A DNA stretch of 64,000 bases from Wickerhamiella versatilis (GCA_030867685.1 JAQOWU010000008.1:1922001-1986000), one strand, 5' to 3'; shown: positions 10,280 through 21,224, numbered from the stretch's first letter. Notes: a model not told the origin generated them from the letters alone. Numbers and translations are program-made.

Positions 10280-10936
10280 TCAGCGACGCTGCATTTGAGG
10301 AAACATTCCCGGCATTCCCATCATCGGAGGCATCATCATAGGGGTAAACATAGGCATTGAAGGCTGAGTATTGTTATTCGCCCGCATATTATCTTGTTTA
10401 TTGCAATATGCGATCCAACTAAACTCATCAAAACCATAGTTAAAGTAGTCGGTGATATCAGCACCCATTCTACGCCAAGGCTTTTCTTCTAGTTCCTCGA
10501 TATTGGTTTGGGTTATTGGTTTTCCATTGTATTCAGGAACTTTATCCAAGTCTATAGCGGAAACAGGAGATTTTTCATCAGCGCGGGGTACAGGTTCCGA
10601 TGTTGCAGTTTGCGTTGCGACGGTTTCACTGCTGGTGGCCGTGGGTGGTGGTGGGGCAGCAGCTGCAGGTGCAGCAGCTTTACTGGAATATGCCGAGGAG
10701 CCATCTGGTCCTAATAAAAATACAATACTATCATCGTCGCTTTCGCTTTCGTCTTCGTCTTCGTCATTGTCACTGATTTCGCGAGGCCGCTTTGCTAGGG
10801 TTTCCAATTCAGATCCAACATTATCTGGGGGAGCATGAATATCTTCAGCCATCTCATGATCCTTAGGCTCTTCCTCTTTGGAACCACCTCCATATAGATA
10901 CGCGTCCTCGTCGAGGTCCTCAAAGTCTGACGCCAT
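10280..10936 (-). CDS. FIP1: Pre-mRNA polyadenylation factor Fip1
   Basis: KPWRRMGADITDYFNYGFDEFSWIAYC Fip1 motif; acidic N-terminus. Confidence 0.95.
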   Translation of the reverse strand: MASDFEDLDEDAYLYGGGSKEEEPKDHEMAEDIHAPPDNVGSELETLAKRPREISDNDEDEDESESDDDSIVFLLGPDGSSAYSSKAAAPAAAAPPPPTATSSETVATQTATSEPVPRADEKSPVSAIDLDKVPEYNGKPITQTNIEELEEKPWRRMGADITDYFNYGFDEFSWIAYCNKQDNMRANNNTQPSMPMFTPMMMPPMMGMPGMFPQMQRR

Positions 10937-11160
10937 TAGGAGATGTGAATTGCTGTGTCATCATGATTTCACATCTTAATATTCTGTATAGACATCCTGC
11001 TTGGCCGTCTAACATAATAGTTTATCTCTCTTTTCCCACGCCAATTCACAACTAAATTGTGGTTATACTTTGAAACATTTCATGCTATCGCAGATGAAGT
11101 TCCTTCTATTCGTATAACGTAATAATAATAATAGCCCATAAGTCCTCTGGTCAGGGGATT

Positions 11161-12183
11161 ATGGTGAACAGCACTTGGACAAAAACGGAGGATGAGGTTT
11201 TAACAGCTGCTGTACAGAAATATGGTATTTATCAATGGGATCGTATAGCTTCTTTGTTTTCCAAAAAAGCTGCCAAGCAGGTCAAAGAGCGATGGTATAA
11301 CTGGGTAAGTCCGACTGTTCACCATCGCGATTGGTTTGCCGATGAAGATAGTAAACTAATAAAACTCTCTCAAGAATTGCCAAATCAATGGAATTCTATC
11401 TCACAGGGGTTACCTGGCCGTACACCCGAGCAATGTTATACTAGATATTTGTCGCTTGAGGGCAAGTCGTCCATGGATGCGTTACAGGAAAGTGCCGAGG
11501 ATGATGGAGGCGAGGAAGATCAAGAACTAGTGGCAGAGGCAACAGCAAGATTTTCCAATGCACTAGGAAGAAAAGGTAAAAGAAAATTACGCGAAAGAAA
11601 TGAGGCAGAAGCACGTCATGATGCGGAAATCGAAAGTCATAGACAGGGAAAGAAAAAAAAATTAGCCCCAGCTGTTACTGAGGCCGAATCAGTGCTTAAG
11701 CGCGAAGCGGAAATCCTGGCACGGAGCCGCGAAGCACCCGAAGTTGCAACAAAACGCGAATTGTCGAAAAATAAAGACGTGGAGCTTCTACCTCCCAGGT
11801 ATGTTAAGAGGCGTAAGCTTGAAATATATCCTCCAAAAATATATGAAGCTCCAAACCCAGAGCAACTGTACCGTGTAAGAGCCAAGCTGGAAAAGCTTCC
11901 GGCACCAATTTCATCCGCTATAGATCTTCCGGATATTCCCAGGCCACGAAGAACTACTACCATCGCTACCGAAACATTAACTGATGAGCAAGAAAAGCAT
12001 GTAGATCCAAAAATGTTGGCTACAGCAAAGGCTCTTGTAGATGCTGAAATGCAACGAAGTGATGCATTTCAAAGGAATATATTAGATGAGGTGTGTGATT
12101 TGAGGGGAAATGTTGCCAGGGATCTAAACGACCTAATAGGAACCTACAAACAGCATCTTGTAGGACCATCATCAGAGACTTAG
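11161..12183 (+). CDS. CEF1: Pre-mRNA splicing factor Cef1/Cdc5L, short and divergent
   Basis: Two Myb repeats (WTKTEDEVLTAAVQKYGIYQWDRIASL) followed by EATARFSNALGRKGKRKLRE, resembling the [20 protein letters not shown] motif. Confidence 0.85.
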   Translation: MVNSTWTKTEDEVLTAAVQKYGIYQWDRIASLFSKKAAKQVKERWYNWVSPTVHHRDWFADEDSKLIKLSQELPNQWNSISQGLPGRTPEQCYTRYLSLEGKSSMDALQESAEDDGGEEDQELVAEATARFSNALGRKGKRKLRERNEAEARHDAEIESHRQGKKKKLAPAVTEAESVLKREAEILARSREAPEVATKRELSKNKDVELLPPRYVKRRKLEIYPPKIYEAPNPEQLYRVRAKLEKLPAPISSAIDLPDIPRPRRTTTIATETLTDEQEKHVDPKMLATAKALVDAEMQRSDAFQRNILDEVCDLRGNVARDLNDLIGTYKQHLVGPSSET

Positions 12184-12318
12184 CATCAATTTCAGAAGAC
12201 TAGCATTTTATAATTTATCTGTCCCGCAATTTCTTACATAGAGCAACGTAATCTAATCTACCTTGGAATGGTTTTTGGTACCTCTGTGATATCTTTATGA
12301 TTACTTAGTAACTTCGTC

Positions 12319-13449
12319 ATGGCAGGTTCGGTCCCTGACCTGCCAGGCATTAGGGCACCGGCAGAAGGAGCACGTGAGATTATGCAGGATATCCAGCGAC
12401 TAATTGATCGGCGGAGTCGAAATTTCCCCGGTGCGCAGCCTGTATCCTTCGCAAAACGCCATATTGAGGATCTGTTATCCGAAGATTATTTTGTGTGTGA
12501 AAAATCGGATGGACTGCGGTGCTTAATGCTTTTAAGTGAATATGATGGTGAGGAACGCGTATATCTTATTACTCGAAAGTGCGAAGTTACTATGGTGGAA
12601 TTCTTGCATGTACCACTGGCATCACCAGATACACATCACAGCGGAACTCTCATTGACGGAGAATTGGTTTACACGCGTGACAAGCGCCTCAAATATTTAA
12701 TGTTTGATTGTTTGTCGTTTAATGGAATGCCACTCACGCATCGGAATCTCGCAAAGCGATTGTCCTATCTTCAAGAGAAAGTTTATAAGCCCTACCATCG
12801 CCTTTGCAGAGAATTTCCAGAGGACACCTCCCGCTTCAGCTTCCAGCTCGTGATGAAGCTTATGCAGGCCTCGTATCACCTTGCAGATGTTCTTGAAGGT
12901 CAATCAAGGTTGACACATGTATCCGATGGCTTAATCTTTACTAAAGTTGATGCGCCATACACGTCAGGCACTACGGAAGATATCCTAAAGTGGAAACCGG
13001 ATAGTGAGAATTCCGTTGATTTTGCTCTGCGTCTTGATTTTGGTATTTACAAGGATGAAGAAGATGAGTATATTGACTACGACTCTAAGCCGAAGATCGA
13101 ATTACTAGCCTGGCACGGTAATATTGATCTGCCCTATTGTGAGCTAACACTCAGTCACGAGGAGTGGGAAGAGCTTAAAGAACGCGAGGAGCCACTTAAT
13201 TATCGCGTTGTCGAGTGCACTCTTGATAAGGAAAACCAATGGAGGTTGCTTCGTTTTAGGGACGACAAAGAGCATGGGAACAATGTACGTGTAGTAGACA
13301 ATGTAATTGAGTCTATCAAAGACAATGTCACTGAAGAAAAGCTTATCTCTGAGGTCCCTAAAATTCGTGAAAACTGGAAGCAAAGAGCAGAGTCAAACCT
13401 GAAACGTCAAAGTGATGAACATCCTCCAAAACGCCCGCGGCCTTCCTGA
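12319..13449 (+). CDS. CEG1: mRNA guanylyltransferase (capping enzyme alpha subunit)
   Basis: FPGAQPVSF, catalytic KSDG, DGELV, DGLIF, LKWKP and RFRDDK motifs. Confidence 0.96.
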   Translation: MAGSVPDLPGIRAPAEGAREIMQDIQRLIDRRSRNFPGAQPVSFAKRHIEDLLSEDYFVCEKSDGLRCLMLLSEYDGEERVYLITRKCEVTMVEFLHVPLASPDTHHSGTLIDGELVYTRDKRLKYLMFDCLSFNGMPLTHRNLAKRLSYLQEKVYKPYHRLCREFPEDTSRFSFQLVMKLMQASYHLADVLEGQSRLTHVSDGLIFTKVDAPYTSGTTEDILKWKPDSENSVDFALRLDFGIYKDEEDEYIDYDSKPKIELLAWHGNIDLPYCELTLSHEEWEELKEREEPLNYRVVECTLDKENQWRLLRFRDDKEHGNNVRVVDNVIESIKDNVTEEKLISEVPKIRENWKQRAESNLKRQSDEHPPKRPRPS

Positions 13450-13744
13450 TTCTATTTCATGAATGTATAGGGGTTGACGGTATACCTCCATGTTTTGCTT
13501 GCCTTCATAAAAGATCATTAAGGATTGAAATTATATATAGTCGTTATTTCTAGCCGTCCAAACGTAAACACAGGTTACACTTAAGGATAGCTGAAAACAG
13601 AATAGCTGGTGTCATCTTTCCGGAGCCTCTATGCGTAATAAAATGTGGAAAGGAAAAATTCACGATATGAACAACTGTTTCAAACTTGCTAGACCACTCT
13701 AGATTATCTTGCCCAAATCATACGGATACTTAATATGTACATCG

Positions 13745-14923
13745 CTAACAGCTAAAGTTTACACAAGATTGAATAATACCACGAGGGTTCCCGTTACCTG
13801 AGAGAATATGGGATTCAATCAGGCCGCCGTCAAGCGAGGATGGAGTGACTTGAGCTCTCTGCAAAAAGTCAAAATAGGCTGTCGACTCCTCTACCGAAAA
13901 ACGGTTGATAGTCAAAGGCTGAACTGAAGCAAGTCGAGAAGCGAGTTCCCTATCAAATTTCGTGATAGGCATGTATGGGTGTGCTTGTGTGGGGCGCCTA
14001 AGACCCGTATCAATAGTGATACTTTTATCATTGAAACTGGAGGATACGGCGACAAACACCGCACCCTTTTTGAGTTCGAATGAACCATCTAACATACTAA
14101 GTATGAGTTTTGGGACTTCAAGTGCCCCATGATATATAGGTTGGTTTGAAGTATCTCTGTAGGCCGAGTAGGGCCGGGCTGCCCATGCATTAAAATCATC
14201 GACGGTAACGAGTGTAGGCACACCCTGCTCTTGAAGAGTCTCAAAAAGACGACGAGGATCGTAAGACTTGAGAGCCTTCAGAATGTCAGCGTTTTGCGCT
14301 AGTTTGCGATTAGCTTTGAAAAGCTGCCTGTGCCATCTTCGTACAAACATAGGCTGCGTCAGTTCTGGACCAACCAGTGAGGACCCATCAGTTAAATCCC
14401 CAGCCCTTGGTATATGAGCCACGAACCAGCCACGGAGTGCAGCCAAGGAGTGAGCTTGAGTTAGTGCGGTTGATTTTCCTAAACCAGAAGCACCCTCAAT
14501 TAAAACTCGACTGTTTGCAGATCCTTCAGCTTCAGCATGCTCTATTGTTTCAGCTATTTTCATAGTTGAGTCGCGAAATAGCGTGCTGTGGGTACGAAAG
14601 AGCTCGTAATATTGACTTGGCCGATAGCTCGCTAGATGTACTAATGAGGCCTGGACCTGATCTGGAAAAGTTACCATGCGCTTGTTAAACTCCTTCAAGT
14701 TCTGCAAATGATCAGACGTAACAAGATGAAGCCCTTCGCCGTCAATAGGCACATTCGGGGCCAGTTTATGATGGTTTCCGTATGAGGCTGCTTTACGAAA
14801 GCTGCGAAACTCTCCACCGCTTTTCCGAGGTGTCGACATTTTGTTTTTCGAGTCAGATTTACGTTGAAAGCCAACGAATCTCGAAATGTGAAAGCTCCTA
14901 ACCAGCTTTGGTTTTCGGATCAT
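13745..14923 (-). CDS. RSM23: Mitochondrial ribosomal protein mS29/DAP3
   Basis: Mitochondrial presequence, P-loop GASGLGKS, LVTVDDFN, terminal SGNGNPR. Confidence 0.9.
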   Translation of the reverse strand: MIRKPKLVRSFHISRFVGFQRKSDSKNKMSTPRKSGGEFRSFRKAASYGNHHKLAPNVPIDGEGLHLVTSDHLQNLKEFNKRMVTFPDQVQASLVHLASYRPSQYYELFRTHSTLFRDSTMKIAETIEHAEAEGSANSRVLIEGASGLGKSTALTQAHSLAALRGWFVAHIPRAGDLTDGSSLVGPELTQPMFVRRWHRQLFKANRKLAQNADILKALKSYDPRRLFETLQEQGVPTLVTVDDFNAWAARPYSAYRDTSNQPIYHGALEVPKLILSMLDGSFELKKGAVFVAVSSSFNDKSITIDTGLRRPTQAHPYMPITKFDRELASRLASVQPLTINRFSVEESTAYFDFLQRAQVTPSSLDGGLIESHILSGNGNPRGIIQSCVNFSC

Positions 14924-14967
14924 TTCACAGGTAGCTTTCTTATTAATAATCTGTAATTTTTCAGTTC

Positions 14968-15513
14968 ATGAGACCGCTCACTGAGGAAGAAACACGAACT
15001 GTATTCGAGAAACTAACCGGATATATTGGTGGAAATATTGCCGAGTTGATAAACCGATCGGATGATAAATACTGTTTCCGTATCCAGAAGGACAGAGTGT
15101 ATTATGTCTCTGAGAGTATTGAGAGGCCTGCCGCAGCTATAGCACGCAAAAGCCTTCTCTCCTTGGGCACTTGCCTTGGGAAATTTACGAAAACAGGGAA
15201 GTTTCGCCTGCATATCACTGCATTGCCCCTACTAACACCGCATGCAGTCAATAAAGTTTGGGTCAAGCCTAATGGTGAAATGCCCTTCTTGTATGGTAAT
15301 CATGTTCTGAAGGCATATATTGGACGAATTTCTGATGATATTCCGGAGCATACAGGAGTAATTGTTCTCTCAATGAGCGATTTGCCGCTGGGGTTTGGAG
15401 TAAGTGCTAAAACTACAGCCGAGGTACGTCATGCTCAACCCAATGCCATAATAGTTTTCAGACAGGCTGATGTTGGTGAATATCTGCGTGAAGAGGAAGC
15501 GTTGTTTGCTTAA
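14968..15513 (+). CDS. NIP7: 60S ribosome biogenesis protein Nip7
   Basis: MRPLTEEET...[16 protein letters not shown]...[11 protein letters not shown]. Confidence 0.97.
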   Translation: MRPLTEEETRTVFEKLTGYIGGNIAELINRSDDKYCFRIQKDRVYYVSESIERPAAAIARKSLLSLGTCLGKFTKTGKFRLHITALPLLTPHAVNKVWVKPNGEMPFLYGNHVLKAYIGRISDDIPEHTGVIVLSMSDLPLGFGVSAKTTAEVRHAQPNAIIVFRQADVGEYLREEEALFA

Positions 15514-15679
15514 TTCAACCAAGCTTTCGATTAGAGATGTAACTTATTATAATATCGACGAACTTCAGCGTTGTGTTGACAACAAATACACTACGTTCTT
15601 AAATACTCAAAGAGTAAATTGAGTTATGTACTAAGCGATTCAAAAAAAACTAGCCTCATTTTTAATATACTTAGAACCA

Positions 15680-17335
15680 CTATTTTTTCCCCTTCTTCTT
15701 CTTCTTCGTTTTTGGTTTTGCGGTCACCTCTGGTTTTGTAACTGGTGGTGCAGGTGGTGGGGGCGAAGGAGCAGCAGTCGCAACACCCTGTGAAGTGCCA
15801 AGCTTTCTCTTCTTCTTATAGTAAGAACGATCTTCTTTAGGAAGCCAGCGCTCGGGGTCTGGTTTGCGTGAAGGATTGAAATCTTTAGGCAACTTACGCT
15901 TTCCAGACCGCTTCTTGTGCTTCTTCGGTTTGGCTTCGTTCTCAACTACTGGTCTTCTTGATTGACTTAGAGCAAAAGCACCTCCAGCTAACTTATCAAC
16001 ATCCACATTATTTGTGAGATCATCAATTGATGGCAAATCAGATTTCTCATAACCAACTGGGTCTGCGGATGTTGCATAGTATCCTGCTTGTGCCAGAGCG
16101 TAATCTAAGGATTCGAAATAAAGAGCCGCCCGCTCGCGGTGTTCGGCATTTTTGGACTTAGCCAAAAGCAAAGCGACCTCTGTCCAGTCACCATCGAGGT
16201 TAGCAGAGGAAAATACCCCTTCAATCGCCTGCATAAAGTCTTCTCCCTTGATTTTATTAGCAGCAATAAGCAGAGCGCAAAGACCTGGCTGGTTCAATGG
16301 AAGGTTTCCATTGAGAATAATTTCTGCAGCCTTGGCTTTATCGCCCTCCTCGTAGGCAAGTTGTGCGCGAGCAATTATAGCCTGTGCTGAGGTATTTTTT
16401 CTGAGATTCCTCTTTCCCTCATTTACGTCCACTAAAACTGTCGGAGACCAACTGTTGGGATACTCCTGTAAATGCTTTGATGCATTTTTGCTTGATAAAA
16501 GTCCGGCCTTAGCCTGTAGTTTGAGCTTATTCGAAGCCAATTTCACGCGCTGATTCGCATTGAGCCCTTGGCTATCTATGCCTTTATCGTAGGATACTAG
16601 GCCTTTCAGATGATCCTCTACTGACACAGGTGTGTTCAAAGATAACAGATTATTGGCAACGATAAGTTTTAAAGACTCTGGGATTGACTCCATGCCTTCC
16701 AATAACTGTTTTGCCTCCTCGACATTGCCCAGCTTCTGATTGGCATATGCTGCCTGTACGTTTACTGAACTAGAATCTTCCTCATCTTGAGCCTCTTGAC
16801 GAGCTTCAGCAAGACTTTCTAAGGCAGATTCATATTTCCCAGCCTCTATTAAAGCACATGCTACGTTGAAGTGATGATCGAAAGGCGTACTCGCATCGAG
16901 TTTCGACGCCTGTCGGAAATCTCCACTCAGTGCAGCAATAGCAGAAAGATTCGTTTGAATGTCTAAAAGATCTGATTTGTTGGTACTTTCACTTTCAAAA
17001 AGGCGCTTTGCAGCTGATAAGTTCCCTGCCTTATATTCAGCCTGGGCCCATGAGAGATAAGCCGACGCACTAGGAGAATCGAGAGCACGCAAGGAGTCAA
17101 TATCACCTTTTCTGAAATATATGTATGCCAAAATCTCTGACGGAAATACATTTGGCTTCGCAACTAAGAGCTTTTCAGCTGCCTCGATCTTTCCTAAGTA
17201 TATCAGAGAAAGTATCTTTTCCACCAGTAGGGTATGATTATCTGGATCATTTTTAAGTTTATCCTGAGCAGCATAAAGCCGCTCTTCATCTGGATTGTCG
17301 ACCTTCAAGTCGGCAATTTTATCCACCACCGACAT
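15680..17335 (-). CDS. SRP72: Signal recognition particle subunit Srp72
   Basis: TPR repeats and the RNA-binding motif LPKDFNPSRKPDPERWLPKEDRSYY; Lys-rich tail. Confidence 0.93.
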   Translation of the reverse strand: MSVVDKIADLKVDNPDEERLYAAQDKLKNDPDNHTLLVEKILSLIYLGKIEAAEKLLVAKPNVFPSEILAYIYFRKGDIDSLRALDSPSASAYLSWAQAEYKAGNLSAAKRLFESESTNKSDLLDIQTNLSAIAALSGDFRQASKLDASTPFDHHFNVACALIEAGKYESALESLAEARQEAQDEEDSSSVNVQAAYANQKLGNVEEAKQLLEGMESIPESLKLIVANNLLSLNTPVSVEDHLKGLVSYDKGIDSQGLNANQRVKLASNKLKLQAKAGLLSSKNASKHLQEYPNSWSPTVLVDVNEGKRNLRKNTSAQAIIARAQLAYEEGDKAKAAEIILNGNLPLNQPGLCALLIAANKIKGEDFMQAIEGVFSSANLDGDWTEVALLLAKSKNAEHRERAALYFESLDYALAQAGYYATSADPVGYEKSDLPSIDDLTNNVDVDKLAGGAFALSQSRRPVVENEAKPKKHKKRSGKRKLPKDFNPSRKPDPERWLPKEDRSYYKKKRKLGTSQGVATAAPSPPPPAPPVTKPEVTAKPKTKKKKKGKK

Positions 17336-17437
17336 TCGAAGTTGTTTACTAATCTATAGGGTGAATTTCTTAGCTTCATTTCGCGTTGAGAATTTTCGTC
17401 AAGTAGAAATCATCTCCACTTGTTTTTTTAGTGATAT

Positions 17438-18829
17438 ATGAATGCATTATACACTGGTCCAAGAAATGAGTTTTTGTCGAGATTACTTCAACCAAAGAGG
17501 TTGTATGCCACTCGACATAGATTACAGTCTGCCATGAAAATGGTGAAGCCTACCACATTAGATATGGGGCGTTTCAAGAATATTCGTATGGTTCCAGAGC
17601 ATGAGCGGCGGGTGCATGCCAACCTGTTACAAAAAGTCACAGACTTTGACCAGCTCAAGATAAATTCCCAGGTACGAGATGCAATTTACACTAATCTTTT
17701 GGAGGGTAAGAAAAAGCCAACTGCGGTTCAGAAATTAGCAATTAAGGCTCTCAGGCGTAATCGCCCGGAGGAATCCAAAACTTGGCTCATTGCGGCAGAA
17801 ACCGGGTCCGGAAAAACGCTCGCATACACAACACCAATTTTTTCAGATTTGCTTGAGCATCCTCGTCCAGAAGCTCCATATATACGGGGAATAATTCTGG
17901 TACCAACTATAGAACTTGTTGATCAGATTTCAACAATGATCCAAAAAATGGATCTTCCTTTGAAAGACCTAGCTGTGCGAGGAAACAAAAATGCGAATCT
18001 CGCTAAACAAATATCACATGGTGCGGATGTAGTGATTTCAACTCCTGATAAGCTGCTGTCTTTTTTTGATCGTTACAAAATTTTGTCTGAACGAGCGCTA
18101 GCCCATTGTCAATCGATTGTGGTTGATGAGGCTGATAGCTTGATGAACGAATCTTTTATAAAATCCACCACAGCAGTATTTGCTAAAGTGCCACAGCTTT
18201 CAGACCTCATATTTGTTACTGCCACTATTCCACGTTATTTTGATAAAGAATTGAAAAACAATTATCCGGATACAATTCGCCTAGTGACACCAAGCATACA
18301 CAGACTTCCCAGACACATAGATTTTCGAGTCATAGAGGTATGGCGCCCACCATACCGCTCAAGAAAAGAATTGGCTGTCCAGCAAGCACTCTACGCAATT
18401 TATAATGATAACACTGAGCCAGGTTTGACGAAGAGAGCTGTTGTATTTGTAAATAAACGCTCTCAAGTCCAGCCTCTAACACAAATGCTTCGAAAAGCCG
18501 GGTATGATGCCAACGGAATTGATGGCACTTGTGATATTGAAGAACGCGAGCAATTGATTCGAGACTTTGTGGAAAAACCAAAAGAGGAAGGTGTACTTAA
18601 GGTGCTTATAGCCACTGATCTTGTCGCCCGTGGAATCGACATGAATCGAGTCCGCAATATTATACTTTATGATCTACCTATGAGTGCAGCAGACCTATTA
18701 CACCGAGCAGGACGTACTGGCCGGTTAAATCAGAAAGGTAGAGTAATTCTATTCGTGTCAAAAAGTGAATCTAAGGGTTGGGTTCGAGGATTACAGACTA
18801 TCGTTAGGAAAGGGGAAGCGCTTGCATAA
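17438..18829 (+). CDS. MRH4: Mitochondrial DEAD-box RNA helicase
   Basis: AAETGSGKT, DEAD, TAT and HRAGRTGR motifs; mitochondrial-type N-terminus. Confidence 0.85.
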   Translation: MNALYTGPRNEFLSRLLQPKRLYATRHRLQSAMKMVKPTTLDMGRFKNIRMVPEHERRVHANLLQKVTDFDQLKINSQVRDAIYTNLLEGKKKPTAVQKLAIKALRRNRPEESKTWLIAAETGSGKTLAYTTPIFSDLLEHPRPEAPYIRGIILVPTIELVDQISTMIQKMDLPLKDLAVRGNKNANLAKQISHGADVVISTPDKLLSFFDRYKILSERALAHCQSIVVDEADSLMNESFIKSTTAVFAKVPQLSDLIFVTATIPRYFDKELKNNYPDTIRLVTPSIHRLPRHIDFRVIEVWRPPYRSRKELAVQQALYAIYNDNTEPGLTKRAVVFVNKRSQVQPLTQMLRKAGYDANGIDGTCDIEEREQLIRDFVEKPKEEGVLKVLIATDLVARGIDMNRVRNIILYDLPMSAADLLHRAGRTGRLNQKGRVILFVSKSESKGWVRGLQTIVRKGEALA

Positions 18830-18841
18830 AATAATTACTGT

Positions 18842-20011
18842 TCAAGAATCAGAAGACAGGTACTCACGAACTTTACGCAGAGCACGTATGAGGTCTCTTA
18901 TTTCAGGCTTGGATGAACCATGAAGAGCTGGCATAATGGAGGGCTCGCCATTTGGAAGTTTGTTGAATATGACATGGCCTTTAATGCCAAGAAATTGGCG
19001 GTCGAGATAAAACAAACGCCAGTTCAGGGCTTTCATCCTGAATAAAAGTAGCCATTTCCTCCAGCCATCAAACCATGGATATTCTTTAGTGTATTCGTCT
19101 TGTATATCATCAATTTCTGAATCAAGATCGGGAGCTAGCTTCGCCAGTTTTCGTGCTTGCTTTGCAGCCCGCTTTCCTTCAGCAACTGAATATATCAAAT
19201 TTGCATATGGCTCAAAGCGAAATGGAATGACACTGTGATAAGTCAATTCACTAACGACCAAGCCAAGCGTTTGGGCAGTCGCAGCATCAGATCCAGCACC
19301 AATTGCCATCGACGGCACCCCCAATTCATATTGCATGAACTCCAAACTCTTATCACCCCTTGGCCAGCTAGGTTCAGGGGGCGGATTGAGAACAGATTCA
19401 GATGCATGGTTCAGAGTGTGCCATAACAGCGGGTTGGCAAAAGACGCGTTACCTTGAATCCCTGTCAAATAAGCAAGAGAACGTTTACCAAATGTTGAAG
19501 AATAATGACTTTGCCAACCTTCCAACTGCTTTACTTCACAAAATAGAACGTCACGATAAGGCTCCCAGCCTTCACTGGCAAGTCTACCAAGTACCTGTGC
19601 TAATGCCAAGGATGCAGGATTAGAAGTCTTATTGAAGCCAAGAACGACTTTCTCATTCGTAACACCTTTCAATTGTGCACAAACGGCATCGTCAGAGGAT
19701 TTGATATCAGACCACCCGAATTCGTAGAATGCAGACTCCGGATCCTTTCCTAAAACATATTTGACATCATCTGGTGTGGTATGGGTGACAATTGTTCTTT
19801 GAACATCCTGGAGCGTGAATTTTGATCTACGTAAATGATCCCAGTCACGGTTAGCGGAAGTTCGTGCCAAGAATATCAGTTCATAGAGAAGCAGTAAGAA
19901 GCAACCGAATACGCTATATGTGCATAGACGTACAGCAAAACTTCTTTGCTTTGGTGACTTGTGCTGGTACACCACGAAATCAGTCGGTGTCTGTGACAAG
20001 CTGCCGTACAT
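18842..20011 (-). CDS. Transferrin-receptor-like / M28 peptidase-derived type II membrane protein (Tre1/Vps70 family), reduced
   Basis: One N-terminal TM helix, ANPLL and FMQYELGVPS segments, TfR dimerisation-like NWRLFYLDRQFL...HVIF. Confidence 0.65.
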   Translation of the reverse strand: MYGSLSQTPTDFVVYQHKSPKQRSFAVRLCTYSVFGCFLLLLYELIFLARTSANRDWDHLRRSKFTLQDVQRTIVTHTTPDDVKYVLGKDPESAFYEFGWSDIKSSDDAVCAQLKGVTNEKVVLGFNKTSNPASLALAQVLGRLASEGWEPYRDVLFCEVKQLEGWQSHYSSTFGKRSLAYLTGIQGNASFANPLLWHTLNHASESVLNPPPEPSWPRGDKSLEFMQYELGVPSMAIGAGSDAATAQTLGLVVSELTYHSVIPFRFEPYANLIYSVAEGKRAAKQARKLAKLAPDLDSEIDDIQDEYTKEYPWFDGWRKWLLLFRMKALNWRLFYLDRQFLGIKGHVIFNKLPNGEPSIMPALHGSSKPEIRDLIRALRKVREYLSSDS

Positions 20012-20184
20012 CTCTTTAATAAGCAGCCCCTAAAGTGGCCATTCTAAAGATTATATAGACATTTGGAACAGCAAAATTGTCCTCGTGCGTGGATCCTTTG
20101 ACGTTCTATCAAAATTGAATTGTTTCTCTAAAATCTAATTTCCATCTAAAATGGTCCGTTGTATAAGCTGTACCTATTAAGTCA

Positions 20185-21081
20185 TTAGGTGGTTGTGTCA
20201 GACTCCTTAAGTGCCTTCTCAACCCAGTTCGGAAGTACAAACGATGCCTCGTGAATAGCGGAATTATAGTATTCATTCCGCTTCAACTCCTCTTCACGTG
20301 TCCAATGACGCAGAGGCACACGGACGTTCGCACTCGGGTTCTTGGAGCATACCATGAAGCCAATCTGACCAGATGGATAGGTGGGTATAGTGGTGTATGC
20401 ATATTCAGCTACCGGAAATACCCCTCTGCAAGTCTTCAGAACATCTTTGATGATCTTAAGATGGAGCCACATGCACTCCCCTTGCGTAGTTATAACTCCC
20501 TCCGGTGTGAGGGCATCCTTCAACAAATGGAAGTAGGATTCTTGGAATAAAACCTCTGCAGGGCCTTCCGGGTCTGAACTATCCGTAATTATGACATCGA
20601 ACTTACCCGGGTTGCCTTTAAGGAATTCGAATCCATCACCAATATGGACCTTAACCTTAGGATGCTGGAATCCCACTGACATACTCGGAAGGAACTTCTT
20701 TGAGGCATTAATCACACCCTCATCTATGTCACAAAGCACAACTTCCTCGATTCCTTGATGTTTGACGACTTCCCGCAAAACACCACCGTCGCCTCCTCCT
20801 ACAACAAGGACCTTCTTGGGGTCTGGATGTGAGAACATGGCAAGGTGGGTGATCATCTCTTGATACGAGAATTCATCCCTCTCCGTAGCCTGAATGACAT
20901 TGTCGAGAACTAGGACATTCCCATAGTCGCTAGACTCAAACACAAGTATATCTTGATATTTCGACTTTTCGACGTGTAGTACCTGGTTTACTCTGAGAGC
21001 CATAGCTTGTCCTGGCCACATAGTGTCAGATATCTCTCGAAACCATCCATCCTTGATCGTAGGGTGAGTGAGTTCTTCCAT
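20185..21081 (-). CDS. SPE3: Spermidine synthase
   Basis: Near-canonical sequence: [30 protein letters not shown]. Confidence 0.98.
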   Translation of the reverse strand: MEELTHPTIKDGWFREISDTMWPGQAMALRVNQVLHVEKSKYQDILVFESSDYGNVLVLDNVIQATERDEFSYQEMITHLAMFSHPDPKKVLVVGGGDGGVLREVVKHQGIEEVVLCDIDEGVINASKKFLPSMSVGFQHPKVKVHIGDGFEFLKGNPGKFDVIITDSSDPEGPAEVLFQESYFHLLKDALTPEGVITTQGECMWLHLKIIKDVLKTCRGVFPVAEYAYTTIPTYPSGQIGFMVCSKNPSANVRVPLRHWTREEELKRNEYYNSAIHEASFVLPNWVEKALKESDTTT

Positions 21082-21224
21082 GGTCTCGAAACTTTACAGG
21101 GTTAGGGTTTGCTCAACGTATGTGTTCTGTTATATTCGGAGCAAATTCCCAAATCCGTTGGACAGTGCAAAATAGCCAATCGCAGCCCATCGCAGCAAAT
21201 CTCATCGATAAATACCACCATCAT

